A stretch of DNA of 53,750 bases from Pontimonas sp. (GTDB lineage Bacteria; Actinomycetota; Actinomycetes; Actinomycetales; Microbacteriaceae), in NCBI GenBank assembly GCA_017852615.1, contig JAFMKX010000002.1, positions 1 to 53,750 of the forward strand. The letters run 5' to 3'. The translations under genes and the position numbers were made by a program. Below, one piece after another: positions 30,948 through 41,113 of the stretch. Every line of letters starts with the position of its first letter. Within the stretch, counting starts at the first letter, position 1. The notes below the pieces were generated by a model. The model had not been told where the DNA came from, ran no database searches, and saw only the letters and a list, made by a program, of their open reading frames with translations.

Positions 30948-31976
30948 CTAGATTTTGTGACCAGCGGAACCCAGTTGGCGGGTCGCTTCCACCACGCGTG
31001 CCGCCATCGAGTTTTCGGCGACTTTGCCCCAGGCGCGGGGATCATAAGTTTTCTTGTTGCCGACTTCGCCGTCGATGCGTAACACTCCGTCGTAGTTGCT
31101 GAACATGTGACCTGCAACACCGCGGGTGTAGGCATACTGCGTGTCGGTATCGATGTTCATTTTGATGACCCCATTCGCCACCGCTTCGGCTATTTCGGCA
31201 TCGGAGCTTCCCGAACCGCCATGGAACACGAGGTCCAAAGGCTTCTCACCGGTTCCGTATTTGGCGGCTAAGCCCTGTTGGATCTCAGCCAACAGTTCAG
31301 GGCGCAAACTGACGTTGCCTGGCTTGTAAAAACCATGGACGTTGCCAAAGGTGAGAGCCGCCATGTAACGACCTTGATCACCCAGGCCCAGTGCTTCCAC
31401 CGTTGCAATGGCGTCATCGAGGGTGGTGTACAAGCTGTCATTGATGTCGTGGCTGACACCATCTTCTTCCCCGCCCACGACGCCGATTTCCACCTCAAGA
31501 ATTGAGTGAATGGCCTTCATTCGTGGCAGCAGGTCGGAGGCGATTTCCAGGTTTTCCTTCAAGCTCACTGCCGAGCCATCCCACATGTGGGATTGAAAAA
31601 TGGGGTTGCCACCGGCTTTGACTGCCTCTTCGCTGGCAGCAATGAGGGGCAGCACAAACCCATCCAGGGCGTCTTTGGGGCAGTGGTCGGTGTGCAAGGC
31701 CACAGTCACGGGGTAGTTTTTTGCGACCTCCGTGGCGTAGGCGGCAAAGGCAAGGGCGCCTGAGGCACGGGCCTTGACGCTTTGTCCGGCAAAAAAGTCT
31801 GCTCCACCGGTGCTGACCTGGATGATGCCATCGGATTCTGCTTCACTCAGTCCCTGGAGGACCGCATTGATCGTGGACGACGACGACACGTTAATCGCGG
31901 GAAAGGCAAAGCCCTTCGCTTTTGCTCCATCGAGCATCTGTGCATAGTGATCCGGGGTTGCGACAGGCATGGGCAC
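30948..31976 (-). CDS. fbaA: Class II fructose-bisphosphate aldolase
   Basis: LHTDHC, SHMWDGS, GGEEDG, FGNVHG, FHGGSGS, KMNIDTD. Confidence 0.96.
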   Translation of the reverse strand: MPMPVATPDHYAQMLDGAKAKGFAFPAINVSSSSTINAVLQGLSEAESDGIIQVSTGGADFFAGQSVKARASGALAFAAYATEVAKNYPVTVALHTDHCPKDALDGFVLPLIAASEEAVKAGGNPIFQSHMWDGSAVSLKENLEIASDLLPRMKAIHSILEVEIGVVGGEEDGVSHDINDSLYTTLDDAIATVEALGLGDQGRYMAALTFGNVHGFYKPGNVSLRPELLAEIQQGLAAKYGTGEKPLDLVFHGGSGSSDAEIAEAVANGVIKMNIDTDTQYAYTRGVAGHMFSNYDGVLRIDGEVGNKKTYDPRAWGKVAENSMAARVVEATRQLGSAGHKI

Positions 31977-32088
31977 TCCAGTGGTGAGGTGGTCGGTGAG
32001 GTTTTAAGACTATCTGCCCAGAAGCCCCATGGTGCGGAGGTGACTAGACTGAAATCACAAATGCTCCCAAGTGCGCAAAGGGTATGTC

Positions 32089-33084
32089 ATGACCGAGGTT
32101 GAGCACGCAGAACTCTTCGAACATCCCGATCGAAATCTCGCGATGGATTTGGTGCGGGCTACTGAGGCTGCCGCCATCAGGGCGACACCGTGGATCGGGC
32201 GAGGCGATAAGAATGCCGCCGATGGTGCTGCGGTCGATGCCATGCGCAAATTTCTCTCCACGGTCAACTTCCAGGGGTTGGTGGTTATCGGCGAAGGGGA
32301 GAAAGATGACGCCCCCATGCTCTTCAACGGCGAAATTGTGGGAACCGGTAGTGGCCCACAGTGCGATATCGCTGTCGACCCCATTGATGGCACCTCACTG
32401 GCGGCCGCGGGACGCTCGCACGCCATTTCGATGATTGCGGTGGCGGACCGGGGAAGCATGCTGGATGCTTCCAGTGTTTTTTATATGAGAAAAATGGTGA
32501 CGTCTCATGAGGGCATCGGCGTGGTGGATATCAATCGCCCCATTGCTCAGAACATCCAGGCCTTAGCCAAAGCTAAAGGCAAATCGGTGGAAGACATTCG
32601 TATTGCTGTGCTTGATCGACCTCGACACACGGAACTGATTGCCGAAATTCGCGCAGCGGGCGCGGGCACCCGGTTGATTCTGGATGGAGATGTGGCTGCT
32701 GGAATCAATGCAGCCCGGCACGATACGCGCATTGATATGTGTGTGGGTATTGGCGGAAGCCCCGAAGGTGTCGCCACAGCGTGTGCGGTGAAAGCCTTGG
32801 GCGGGTTTATGCAGGGCGTTCTCCACCCGATGTCTGATGAGGAAAAACAACGCGGTCTGGACGCGGGTCTGGATTTCGACACGGTCTATGACCTCAATGG
32901 TTTAGTCGCCAGTGATAACACCTTCTTCGTTGCTACCGGTGTGACCGATGGTGAGCTGGTGCGCGGTGTGAGGCGAGCAGGACCCATGATTTCCACCGAG
33001 AGTGTGGTGTTGCGGGCTCGCTCAGGAACTTTGCGCCGGGTATCGGCAGACCACCAAGCAAGTAAGTGGCTCGAGCACGCCTAA
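32089..33084 (+). CDS. glpX: Class II fructose-1,6-bisphosphatase
   Basis: GEGEKDDAPML, DPIDGT, LDRPRH, DGDV, ATGVTDG. Confidence 0.95.
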   Translation: MTEVEHAELFEHPDRNLAMDLVRATEAAAIRATPWIGRGDKNAADGAAVDAMRKFLSTVNFQGLVVIGEGEKDDAPMLFNGEIVGTGSGPQCDIAVDPIDGTSLAAAGRSHAISMIAVADRGSMLDASSVFYMRKMVTSHEGIGVVDINRPIAQNIQALAKAKGKSVEDIRIAVLDRPRHTELIAEIRAAGAGTRLILDGDVAAGINAARHDTRIDMCVGIGGSPEGVATACAVKALGGFMQGVLHPMSDEEKQRGLDAGLDFDTVYDLNGLVASDNTFFVATGVTDGELVRGVRRAGPMISTESVVLRARSGTLRRVSADHQASKWLEHA

Positions 33085-34263
33085 CTAGTCTTTTTTCTTA
33101 TCGATCGCTGCTGGATTTTCGGTCAGTTCCGGCGCGCTGAGCTCTCGAGGCATGGATTCGATTCCCTCGAGCTCATCGGGCAAATCAGCCCCCGAACCCA
33201 ATTCGGATAGTTTGCGAGCACTGGGGAACACGCGGGATTCCAGGGAGCCCACAAAAGCGTTGTACCCCTTGACGGTGCTGGTGATGGAGCGACCCAGGGT
33301 GTCGAGGTGCTTCGACATTGCCCCGAGACGTTGGAGAAGTTCCTTGCCCACATCAAACAACTTGGCGGCGTCTTCGGTGAGTACATCTTGTTGCCACGAA
33401 AACGCGACCGTTTTGAGCACAGACCACAGCGTCACCGGCGAGGCCAAGGCCACCTTTTTCCCAAAGGCGTAGTCCATCAACGAGGGGTCGGCTTCAATCG
33501 CACTGGAAATCAAGGCTTCGCTGGGGATGAAGCAAATCACCAGTTCCGGCGAGGCAGCTAAGCCATCCCAGTACGACTTCTTTCCCAGGGCATCGATGTG
33601 GGAGCGCACGGCGGCGACGTGTTTTTTCAGCAGAGTTTCGCGCCTGGCTGCTTCCTCCCCAGTGGCGGTGAAAGGAATTTGGCTGGCTTCTAAATAGGCG
33701 GTGAAAGGAACTTTGGCATCGACCGCGATGTTTTTACCGCCGGGAAGGTGGATGACCATGTCTGGCTTGCCCAGTCCCGAATCCGAGGTGACCTGAGATT
33801 GAACATCAAAGTCGACGCGTTCGATCAGACCCGCAGCTTCCACCACGCGACGTAATTGAACCTCTCCCCACACGCCCCGAACGCTATTGGATCGAAGCGC
33901 AGAAGCGAGTTGCTCCGCAGTGCCTCGGAGTAATTCATCACTGGCCACCGCAGCGCGCAACTGTTGGGAGATTTGACCGTGTTGTTCATTGCGCTGTTTT
34001 TCCAGTTCTTGCACTGTGCGCTGCATGTCACTCAGGCGCTCGGAGACAGGGGCTAATGCTTGAAGGACTTTGTTTTCCGCTTCGTTGGATAAACGCAGAT
34101 CGTTGTATTGCTGCTGAACAAGATCCAGTTGGGCTCTCAGTGCCAGCGGATCTTCGCCCGCGGCTTGACCAATACTGCGGGACTTGAGCGCGTAGCCCAG
34201 CGCGACACCGGCGGCGAGGGCACATACAACAGCGACGAGAAGCGTGATCAATGCTGAATCCAT
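33085..34263 (-). CDS. rmuC: DNA recombination protein RmuC
   Basis: N-terminal TM, coiled coil, RGVWGEVQL, KPD..VDAK nuclease motif, FIPSE; start ATG 34263. Confidence 0.92.
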   Translation of the reverse strand: MDSALITLLVAVVCALAAGVALGYALKSRSIGQAAGEDPLALRAQLDLVQQQYNDLRLSNEAENKVLQALAPVSERLSDMQRTVQELEKQRNEQHGQISQQLRAAVASDELLRGTAEQLASALRSNSVRGVWGEVQLRRVVEAAGLIERVDFDVQSQVTSDSGLGKPDMVIHLPGGKNIAVDAKVPFTAYLEASQIPFTATGEEAARRETLLKKHVAAVRSHIDALGKKSYWDGLAASPELVICFIPSEALISSAIEADPSLMDYAFGKKVALASPVTLWSVLKTVAFSWQQDVLTEDAAKLFDVGKELLQRLGAMSKHLDTLGRSITSTVKGYNAFVGSLESRVFPSARKLSELGSGADLPDELEGIESMPRELSAPELTENPAAIDKKKD

Positions 34264-34344
34264 CTTCACAGTCTGCCATTCACCCCTGACGAGTGGGGCA
34301 GTCACGGCGCAGCCCCAGGGGAGCCTGCAGTAGGGTTGCTTTCC

Positions 34345-35418
34345 GTGGCTCTCACTATTGGAATCGTCGGTCTGCCCAACGTGGGCAAGTCCACCCTGTT
34401 CAACGCGTTGACCAAAAACAATGTTTTGGCCGCAAATTATCCCTTCGCCACGATTGAGCCCAACGTCGGTGTGGTGAATCTGCCCGATGAGCGACTCGTG
34501 AAGTTGGCTGAGATTTTTGGTAGCGAGCGAATTCTGCCCGCGACCGTGTCCTTTGTGGATATCGCCGGTATCGTCCGCGGAGCCAGCGAAGGCGAAGGGC
34601 TGGGCAACCAATTCCTGTCCAACATTCGCGAAGCCGATGCCATTGCTCAGGTAGTGCGCGTATTTGATGACCCCGACGTGGTCCATGTTGATGGTGGGGT
34701 CGACCCAGCTGCTGATATGGAAACGATCAACACCGAGCTCATTTTGGCGGACATGCAAACGCTCGACAAAGCGATGACCCGATACGAAAAAGAGGTCAAG
34801 GGTAAGAAACTGGACCCCAGTGTGCTGGCTGCCGCTGAAGAAGCGCGAGCCATTCTCGATAGCGGAAAAACACTTTTTCAAGCCGCCTTTGATGCTTCCT
34901 CGCTCAGTGAACTGGGATTACTGACCGCCAAGCCCTTCCTCTACGTGTTCAACGTCGATGAAGCAACGCTGGGTGACGCTGCCAAGCAAGCAGCGCTGGC
35001 GGCTCTGGTCGCGCCGGCGAAGGCCGTGTTCCTCGATGCCAAGGTGGAGAGCGAACTTATCGATCTCGATAAAGCAGAAGCCCAGGAGCTTCTCGCTTCG
35101 ATGGGTCAGGAAGAAAGCGGCCTGGATCAACTAGCCCATATCGGTTTTGACACCCTGGGGCTTCAGACCTATCTCACGGCCGGTCCGAAAGAAACGAGAG
35201 CCTGGACGATTCGTCGCGGCTGGAAAGCACCGCAAGCTGCGGGGGTAATCCACACTGATTTCGAAAAAGGATTCATCAAAGCAGAAGTGACCTCGTTTGA
35301 TGATTTGGTGGCTGCTGGTTCTCTCGCTGAGGCGCGACAGGCCGGCAAAGCCCGAATCGAAGGTAAGGACTACGTCATGAAAGACGGCGACGTGGTGGAG
35401 TTCCGCTTTAGTTCCTAA
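34345..35418 (+). CDS. ychF: Redox-regulated ATPase YchF
   Basis: [29 protein letters not shown] domain [16 protein letters not shown]. Confidence 0.97.
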   Translation: MALTIGIVGLPNVGKSTLFNALTKNNVLAANYPFATIEPNVGVVNLPDERLVKLAEIFGSERILPATVSFVDIAGIVRGASEGEGLGNQFLSNIREADAIAQVVRVFDDPDVVHVDGGVDPAADMETINTELILADMQTLDKAMTRYEKEVKGKKLDPSVLAAAEEARAILDSGKTLFQAAFDASSLSELGLLTAKPFLYVFNVDEATLGDAAKQAALAALVAPAKAVFLDAKVESELIDLDKAEAQELLASMGQEESGLDQLAHIGFDTLGLQTYLTAGPKETRAWTIRRGWKAPQAAGVIHTDFEKGFIKAEVTSFDDLVAAGSLAEARQAGKARIEGKDYVMKDGDVVEFRFSS

Positions 35419-35483
35419 GTGCCCAACCTGGGAAAAAGCCTCCTCAGCTTGTTGTTTTTCCACCTCGGTGGTTTTCTGTAGCT

Positions 35484-36116
35484 ATGCCGCTGCTGCCGAT
35501 GTTTCCCCTGGGGTCTGTTTTGTTCCCCGCCATGCCGTTGGCTCTGCGGGTTTTCGAAGAGCGCTACCTGAAAATGATGGGCGCAGTTCTCGATAACCAA
35601 CCCTCCGAGTTTGGTGTGGTGCTCATTGAGCGTGGTCTGGAAGTGGGTGGGGGAGACCAGCGCTTTGACATCGGCACGACGGCACGAGTGCTCCAAATCG
35701 AGGCCCCCGATGGCCCCCTTGAGGTTGTGGCCAGGGGGGAGCGACGGTTTCGAGTCATCCAGTGGGTAGCGGAGGAACCTTATCCTCAAGCCGACATCGA
35801 GTATCTCGAGGATTTTGAGTCAACCGAGGTGGATGCCACTGCGCTGGATTTGGCCGAATCGACCGTCCGCGGTGCCCTGGAATACCTCGCCACTCTCGAC
35901 CTGTCGATTCCGTGGCCGACCGATATTGAACTGGCTGAGGATCCGATAGAAAAAGCCTGGCAATTAGCGGGTATTTCACCCTTAGGGACTCTGGATCACC
36001 AGGATCTCCTGGCGGCGCCGGAGGTGAGTTGGCTGCTGTCTCACACGATAGAGACGGTCAGTGAAGCATTGATCACGTTTCGTGCCGCCAACGATTTGCC
36101 CAACGACCAGACCTAG
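35484..36116 (+). CDS. Stand-alone LON substrate-binding (N-terminal) domain protein
   Basis: LPMFPL..VLFP..LRVFEERY, GERRFR. Confidence 0.85.
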   Translation: MPLLPMFPLGSVLFPAMPLALRVFEERYLKMMGAVLDNQPSEFGVVLIERGLEVGGGDQRFDIGTTARVLQIEAPDGPLEVVARGERRFRVIQWVAEEPYPQADIEYLEDFESTEVDATALDLAESTVRGALEYLATLDLSIPWPTDIELAEDPIEKAWQLAGISPLGTLDHQDLLAAPEVSWLLSHTIETVSEALITFRAANDLPNDQT

Positions 36117-36182
36117 TTCCCTAGTGGAACAGGGGTGAAACAGTTCCACTAAGTTCCGTTACCGAAAAGAAACCCACAAAAG

Positions 36183-36196
36183 TGGAACCGGTTGCG
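36183..36196. promoter_or_regulatory. Candidate LacI-family operator
   Basis: TGGAACCGGTTGCG near-palindrome with a central CG upstream of a sugar ABC operon; related GTGGAAC/GTTCCAC half-sites at 36122-36151. Confidence 0.5.
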
Positions 36197-36276
36197 AAGA
36201 ATTGTTAGGGTGGCAGTGCCCACATCGCAGTGTGCTGTGGTGCGGGCATCCACATTCGACAAATCAAGGAGTACCC

Positions 36277-37665
36277 ATGAGGCACTTTGTACGTCGCCGC
36301 TCCATGCTCGGTGTTGCCACGCTTTCTGTGGCCGCTTTGGCATTGGCTGGCTGTGCTGCCGACGCAGGTAGCGAAGAAGCAACGACTGACTCGGGTTCAA
36401 CGGACACCGAGTCCGCAGTAGCTGCAGGCTGTGAAGCCTACGCAGACTACATGGGCAACGAGGGTGAAACTGTAGAAATCTACACCACCATCATCGAGCC
36501 CGAATCCACACTCTTCCAGGAGTCCTTCGTGGACTTCGAAGACTGCACCGGAATCACCATCGAGTGGAACGGTGACCAGGCATTCGAAGAGCAGATCGCC
36601 GTTCGTGTTGAGGGTGGAACTGCCCCCGACCTCGCGATTTTCCCTCAGCCCGGACTCTTGAAGTCCTTCGCTGCTGATTTGGTTGCTGCCCCCGCGGCAG
36701 TTTCTTCCTCGGTGGACGCAAACTACACCGCTGACTGGAAGACCTACGGCACCGTCGATGGCACCTTCTACGCTGCACCTCTTGGTGCGAACGTGAAGTC
36801 CTTCGTCTGGTATTCGCCCAAGGTATTCGCAGACAACGGCTGGGCTATCCCCACCACATGGGGCGACATGCTGACCTTGTCTGACGAAATTGCTGCGAGC
36901 GATTTCGCTGGTAACGCATGGTGTGCAGGTATCGAATCTGGTGCCGCCACTGGTTGGGCAGCAACAGACTGGATGGAAGACTTGATGCTTCGTTTCCAGG
37001 ATGCAGCTACCTATGACGCATGGGTTGACCACTCGATGGCCTTCAACGACCCCAAGGTCTTGGAAGTTATCGGTGAAGCCGGCAAGATCCTGAAGAACGC
37101 TGACTACGTCGGCAACGTTTCGGCGATTGCGACCACCAGCTTCTCTGAGGGTGGCTCCGGTGTTGTGGATGGCTCCTGTGCCATGCACCGCCAGGCATCC
37201 TTCCTCGGTGGAATCCTCGTGGGTGACTACGGCGCAACTGTTGTAGGACCTGATGAGACCGATGTTGAGGGTGGAATTTCTACCTTCTACTTCCCCGGTG
37301 TCAGCGCTGACCAGACTCCTGCCCTCGGTGGTGGAGAGTTCGTTGGTGCCTTCAGCGACGCTCCTGCGGTTGCAGCTGTGCAGCACTACTTGACCACTCC
37401 TGAGTGGAACAACAAGAAGGCTGCTCTGGGTGGATGGTTCTCCGCGAACCTCGGCCTGGACACCGCTAACGTGGCCGACCCGGTTAACGCCGTGGCCGTG
37501 GAAATCCTCCAGAACGCCACCACCTTCCGCTTCGACGCATCCGACGTGATGCCCGGTGAAGTGGGTGCTGGTTCCTTCTGGACCGAAATGACCGCGTGGA
37601 TTGCCGAAGATAAGGCAGACCAGGCAGTTCTCGATGCAATTGAGGCAACCTGGCCCGCTAGCTAG
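36277..37665 (+). CDS. Carbohydrate ABC transporter substrate-binding lipoprotein (AglE/GgtB-like)
   Basis: AAGGAG SD, lipobox LAGC, PDLAIFPQPG, KSFVWY, WCAGIESGAATGW..TDWMED, FRFDASD. Confidence 0.9.
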   Translation: MRHFVRRRSMLGVATLSVAALALAGCAADAGSEEATTDSGSTDTESAVAAGCEAYADYMGNEGETVEIYTTIIEPESTLFQESFVDFEDCTGITIEWNGDQAFEEQIAVRVEGGTAPDLAIFPQPGLLKSFAADLVAAPAAVSSSVDANYTADWKTYGTVDGTFYAAPLGANVKSFVWYSPKVFADNGWAIPTTWGDMLTLSDEIAASDFAGNAWCAGIESGAATGWAATDWMEDLMLRFQDAATYDAWVDHSMAFNDPKVLEVIGEAGKILKNADYVGNVSAIATTSFSEGGSGVVDGSCAMHRQASFLGGILVGDYGATVVGPDETDVEGGISTFYFPGVSADQTPALGGGEFVGAFSDAPAVAAVQHYLTTPEWNNKKAALGGWFSANLGLDTANVADPVNAVAVEILQNATTFRFDASDVMPGEVGAGSFWTEMTAWIAEDKADQAVLDAIEATWPAS

Positions 37666-37688
37666 GTAATCTCACAGCACGTAACATT

Positions 37689-37732
37689 GGTGGGGGAGGC
37701 GCTCCCAAAGAGCGAATCCCCCACCTTTGTTT
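37689..37732 (+). terminator. Intra-operon hairpin after the binding-protein gene
   Basis: GGTGGGGGA..CGCTC-CCAAA-GAGCG..TCCCCCACC followed by TTTGTTT. Confidence 0.7.
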
Positions 37733-37775
37733 GCCGCAACGACGCGGCGTTACATATGAAAGGGCGAGCGAATAC

Positions 37776-38762
37776 ATGCGCGGATCAACCTGGGACGTCA
37801 TTGCCCCGAATCTGACCCTGCTCGTCATCTCACTTGTCGCCTTTGCCGCGGTGATTTACGCCCTGTTCCTGATTGGCTCCCGCGCTTCTGTTCGCTGGCA
37901 GGGATGGCTTCGATACGGCGTCTTTCTTGGCCCGGCACTCTTGCTCCTTGTCGTGGGGCTGATTTACCCAGCGCTGCGCACCATTTGGATGTCCTTCATG
38001 GACAAGCGCGCGGAAAACTTCATCGGCTTTGATAACTACATTTGGGCTTTCACCATTCCTGAAATTCAACTGGTGTTGCGCAACACCATCCTGTGGGTAG
38101 TTTTTGTTCCGCTGCTCTCTACGTTGATTGGTTTGGCGATTGCCTATATGACCGACCGGATGAAAAGCGCTTCAGTAGTGAAGTCCCTGGTCTTTATGCC
38201 CATGGCTATTTCTTTTGTGGGCGCCAGTGTTATCTGGAGCTTTGTCTATAACTTTGAACCCAACCCCAATGATCCAGAAATTGGCTTACTCAATGCCATA
38301 GCGCGCGTGGTGGGAGTAGAGCCCCGCAACTGGCTACTCGAACCACCCTGGAACACGTTCTTCCTCATCCTGGTGTTGGTCTGGATTCAAACCGGTTTTG
38401 CCATGGTCATTCTCTCGGCCGCTATGAAAAACATTCCTGACGAAGTTGTCGAAGCAGCAATGCTCGATGGTGCCAGCAACTGGCGCCGCTTCATTCGAGT
38501 CACCTTGCCCATGATTCGAGGCACCTTGGTCGTCGTGCTCACCACGATCACGATTGGAACCTTGAAGGTGTTCGACATTGTGCGGACCATGACCGGCGGT
38601 AACTTCCAGACCAACGTGATTGCCAATGAAATGTATGCCCAGTCCTTTAGGCAACTCAATTACGGCCAAGGTAGTGCTTTGGCCGTGATTTTGTTCGTCG
38701 GTGTGATTCCCATCATTTGGTACAACGTGCGACAACTGCGCTTGGAAAGGACGGAGCGATAA
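37776..38762 (+). CDS. Carbohydrate ABC transporter permease (MalF/AglF-like)
   Basis: FIGFDNY, PMAISFVGA, EAAMLDGA (EAA loop), LKVFDIV. Confidence 0.92.
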   Translation: MRGSTWDVIAPNLTLLVISLVAFAAVIYALFLIGSRASVRWQGWLRYGVFLGPALLLLVVGLIYPALRTIWMSFMDKRAENFIGFDNYIWAFTIPEIQLVLRNTILWVVFVPLLSTLIGLAIAYMTDRMKSASVVKSLVFMPMAISFVGASVIWSFVYNFEPNPNDPEIGLLNAIARVVGVEPRNWLLEPPWNTFFLILVLVWIQTGFAMVILSAAMKNIPDEVVEAAMLDGASNWRRFIRVTLPMIRGTLVVVLTTITIGTLKVFDIVRTMTGGNFQTNVIANEMYAQSFRQLNYGQGSALAVILFVGVIPIIWYNVRQLRLERTER

Positions 38763-39697
38763 TGGCAAACACGGCAAGCCTCCGACTCAGCCCGCTGCAA
38801 AAAAAGCGCGCCAAAGACATCTTTAGTTCCCCGATCGCCTCGGCTGCCGCGGTAATTATTGCGGTGTTGTGGACCATCCCGACTTTTGGGCTTCTGGTGT
38901 CCTCTATCAGGCCAGAGCAAGACATCAACAATTCGGGATGGTGGACATTCTTTGTCAACCCCTCGGTCTCTTTTGCCAACTACGAGAAGGTGCTCTTCGT
39001 GGGAACCGGAGTGAATCCTCCGATGTTCCAATATTTCTTCAACTCGCTTGCCGTGACCATCCCGGCCGTTATTTTTCCCATTACGCTCGCGGTCTTTGCT
39101 GCTTATGCCCTGGCGTGGTTTGAGTTCAAAGGCCGCGACTTTATTTTCTTTTCCATCTTTGCTCTCCAGGTCGTTCCTCTCCAGCTGACCTTGGTTCCAC
39201 TGCTGCAGCTTTTTGCTAAGGGGCTGGTCATTGGGGAGACCACCATCATTCCCGACCTAGGTATTACCGGGACCTACATTCCGATTTGGATTGCCCACAC
39301 CATCTTTGGGTTGCCGCTGGCAATTTTCTTGCTCCACAATTTCTTGCGTCAGATTCCTCGCGAATTGGTGGAGGCAGCGCGAGTCGATGGAGCGAACTGG
39401 TTCACCATGTTCACCAAAATCGTGTTGCCCCTGAGCGTGCCCGCTATTGCGTCGTTCCTGATTTTCCAGTTCCTGTGGGTATGGAATGACCTGTTAGTGG
39501 GACTCACCTTCGGAGCGGGATCCAAGTCGGTGGCGCCCATGACGGTGCGCTTGGCGGAGATGGTGGGAACCCGGGGCTCTGGGTGGGAAGTACTCACGGC
39601 GGGCGCCTTCATTTCGATTATCGTGCCCTTGATTGTGTTCTTTGCTCTCCAGCGCTACTTCGTGCGAGGGCTCCTTGCCGGTTCGGTCAAGGGCTAG
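38762..39697 (+). CDS. Carbohydrate ABC transporter permease (MalG/AglG-like)
   Basis: EAARVDGA, FLWVWNDLL, LQRYFVRGLLAGSVKG. Confidence 0.92.
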   Translation: MANTASLRLSPLQKKRAKDIFSSPIASAAAVIIAVLWTIPTFGLLVSSIRPEQDINNSGWWTFFVNPSVSFANYEKVLFVGTGVNPPMFQYFFNSLAVTIPAVIFPITLAVFAAYALAWFEFKGRDFIFFSIFALQVVPLQLTLVPLLQLFAKGLVIGETTIIPDLGITGTYIPIWIAHTIFGLPLAIFLLHNFLRQIPRELVEAARVDGANWFTMFTKIVLPLSVPAIASFLIFQFLWVWNDLLVGLTFGAGSKSVAPMTVRLAEMVGTRGSGWEVLTAGAFISIIVPLIVFFALQRYFVRGLLAGSVKG

Positions 39698-39730
39698 AAC
39701 ACTTCCTTTGGTAGTACCTCCCAGGGTTGC

Positions 39731-41113
39731 CTAGGGAGCGCTCGAATACATCTCTCGCAGGAACAGAGCGCTGTCTTTGAGAGTTCGTTCTTGGTTCTCG
39801 GCCTCCACGCGGATAATTCCAAAGCGCTTCGTCCAGCCCTCGGCCCACTCGAGATTGTCAAAGAGTGACCACGCGAAATAGCCCCGCAGATCAACTCCCT
39901 GCTCCAGCGCATCCAGTGCCGCCGAGATGTGTGAGGCGTAGTAGTCGATGCGGTTGTTATCGTGAATGCCGTCCTCGCTCACTACGTCATCAAACGCGGC
40001 CCCGTTTTCCGTGACATAAAGCGGTATTCCGGGCAATCGTTGGGCGGTATCGACCAAGGTGGTCGTGAGGCTCTGGGCGTGAATTTCCCAGCCCATGGCA
40101 GTTCTTGGCGACCTGGGCACGAAGGACACGTTGCTCACGCCTGGATACACACTGGCGTCCTGGCCCACTATTTTTCCTGCGTCACGAGCTACCGAGGCCA
40201 CCCGGGTGGGGGTGTAGTAGTTGATTCCGAGCCAGGAAATCGGCTCGGCAGCCATCGCCAGACCCTCGCTGGAGACAAAGGACCACTCCGTGATCGAGGA
40301 GGTCGCTTCCTGGATATCTTCGGGAATGCCCCGGCCAGCCAGTAGATCCAAAAACATTCTGTTTTGTAATCCATCGATGATTGATGCGGTGGGTTCAATG
40401 TCGTCATCTTCGGCAATGATGGTCGTGAGATTGAGCACCAGGCCGGGGTTGCGAACGCCTGCTGAGCGCAACGCTTGGATGCCGTGACCGCTAGCGACCA
40501 TCAGGCGATAGAAGACCTCCAGGCTCGCTGCTGGATCGTGTTCGCCGGGTGCGTGAACTCCCGCGGCATAGCCCAAAAAGGCGGAGACCCAGGGTTCATT
40601 CAGTGTCGCTATGGTGTCCACGCGATCGGCAAAATGCTCACCGACCAGATGCGCATAATCGGCAAACCATCGATGGCTATCCGGTGATAACCAGCCGCCT
40701 TTGTCCTGGAGCGCCGAGGGTAAATCCCAGTGATAGAGGGTGGCAAAGGGAGCAAGCCCTCGCTCTAGCGCGCCATCGACAATCCGGTCATAGACATCAA
40801 GCCCCGCAAGGGAAACCTTCCCCATTCCCTCGTGCATAACTCGGGGCCAGGAGAGCGAAAATCGGTAGGCGTTGGCACCGAGGCCTTGAATAAGGTCTAG
40901 GTCACCAGGGATGTTGTTCAGATGGTCACACGCGGGATCAGCAGTGGCGCCATCGAGGATTTTTCCTGGGGTTTGGGCAAAGTCATCCCAGATGCTGCGG
41001 CCGCGGCTGTGGCTTGAGCCTTCAATTTGCCACGATGAGGTGGCTACGCCGAGTGTGAAATCAGCCGGGATTCGAGACGAAATTTCGTGCGCTTGGGTGA
41101 CATCGATGCTCAT
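39731..41113 (-). CDS. Glycoside hydrolase family 1 beta-glucosidase
   Basis: GVATSSWQIEG, YRFSLSWPR, TLYHWDLP, TLNEP (acid/base), VTENG (nucleophile), DNLEWAEG. Confidence 0.94.
   Translation of the reverse strand: MSIDVTQAHEISSRIPADFTLGVATSSWQIEGSSHSRGRSIWDDFAQTPGKILDGATADPACDHLNNIPGDLDLIQGLGANAYRFSLSWPRVMHEGMGKVSLAGLDVYDRIVDGALERGLAPFATLYHWDLPSALQDKGGWLSPDSHRWFADYAHLVGEHFADRVDTIATLNEPWVSAFLGYAAGVHAPGEHDPAASLEVFYRLMVASGHGIQALRSAGVRNPGLVLNLTTIIAEDDDIEPTASIIDGLQNRMFLDLLAGRGIPEDIQEATSSITEWSFVSSEGLAMAAEPISWLGINYYTPTRVASVARDAGKIVGQDASVYPGVSNVSFVPRSPRTAMGWEIHAQSLTTTLVDTAQRLPGIPLYVTENGAAFDDVVSEDGIHDNNRIDYYASHISAALDALEQGVDLRGYFAWSLFDNLEWAEGWTKRFGIIRVEAENQERTLKDSALFLREMYSSAP

Noticed and set aside
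34264-34881. Apparent long N-terminal extension of RmuC (598-aa ORF)
   Set aside because: It is antisense to ychF. The RmuC TM start at 34263 has its own -10-like box.
36397-37386. 329-aa antisense ORF in the sugar-binding protein gene
   Set aside because: Explained by strong sense-strand codon bias.
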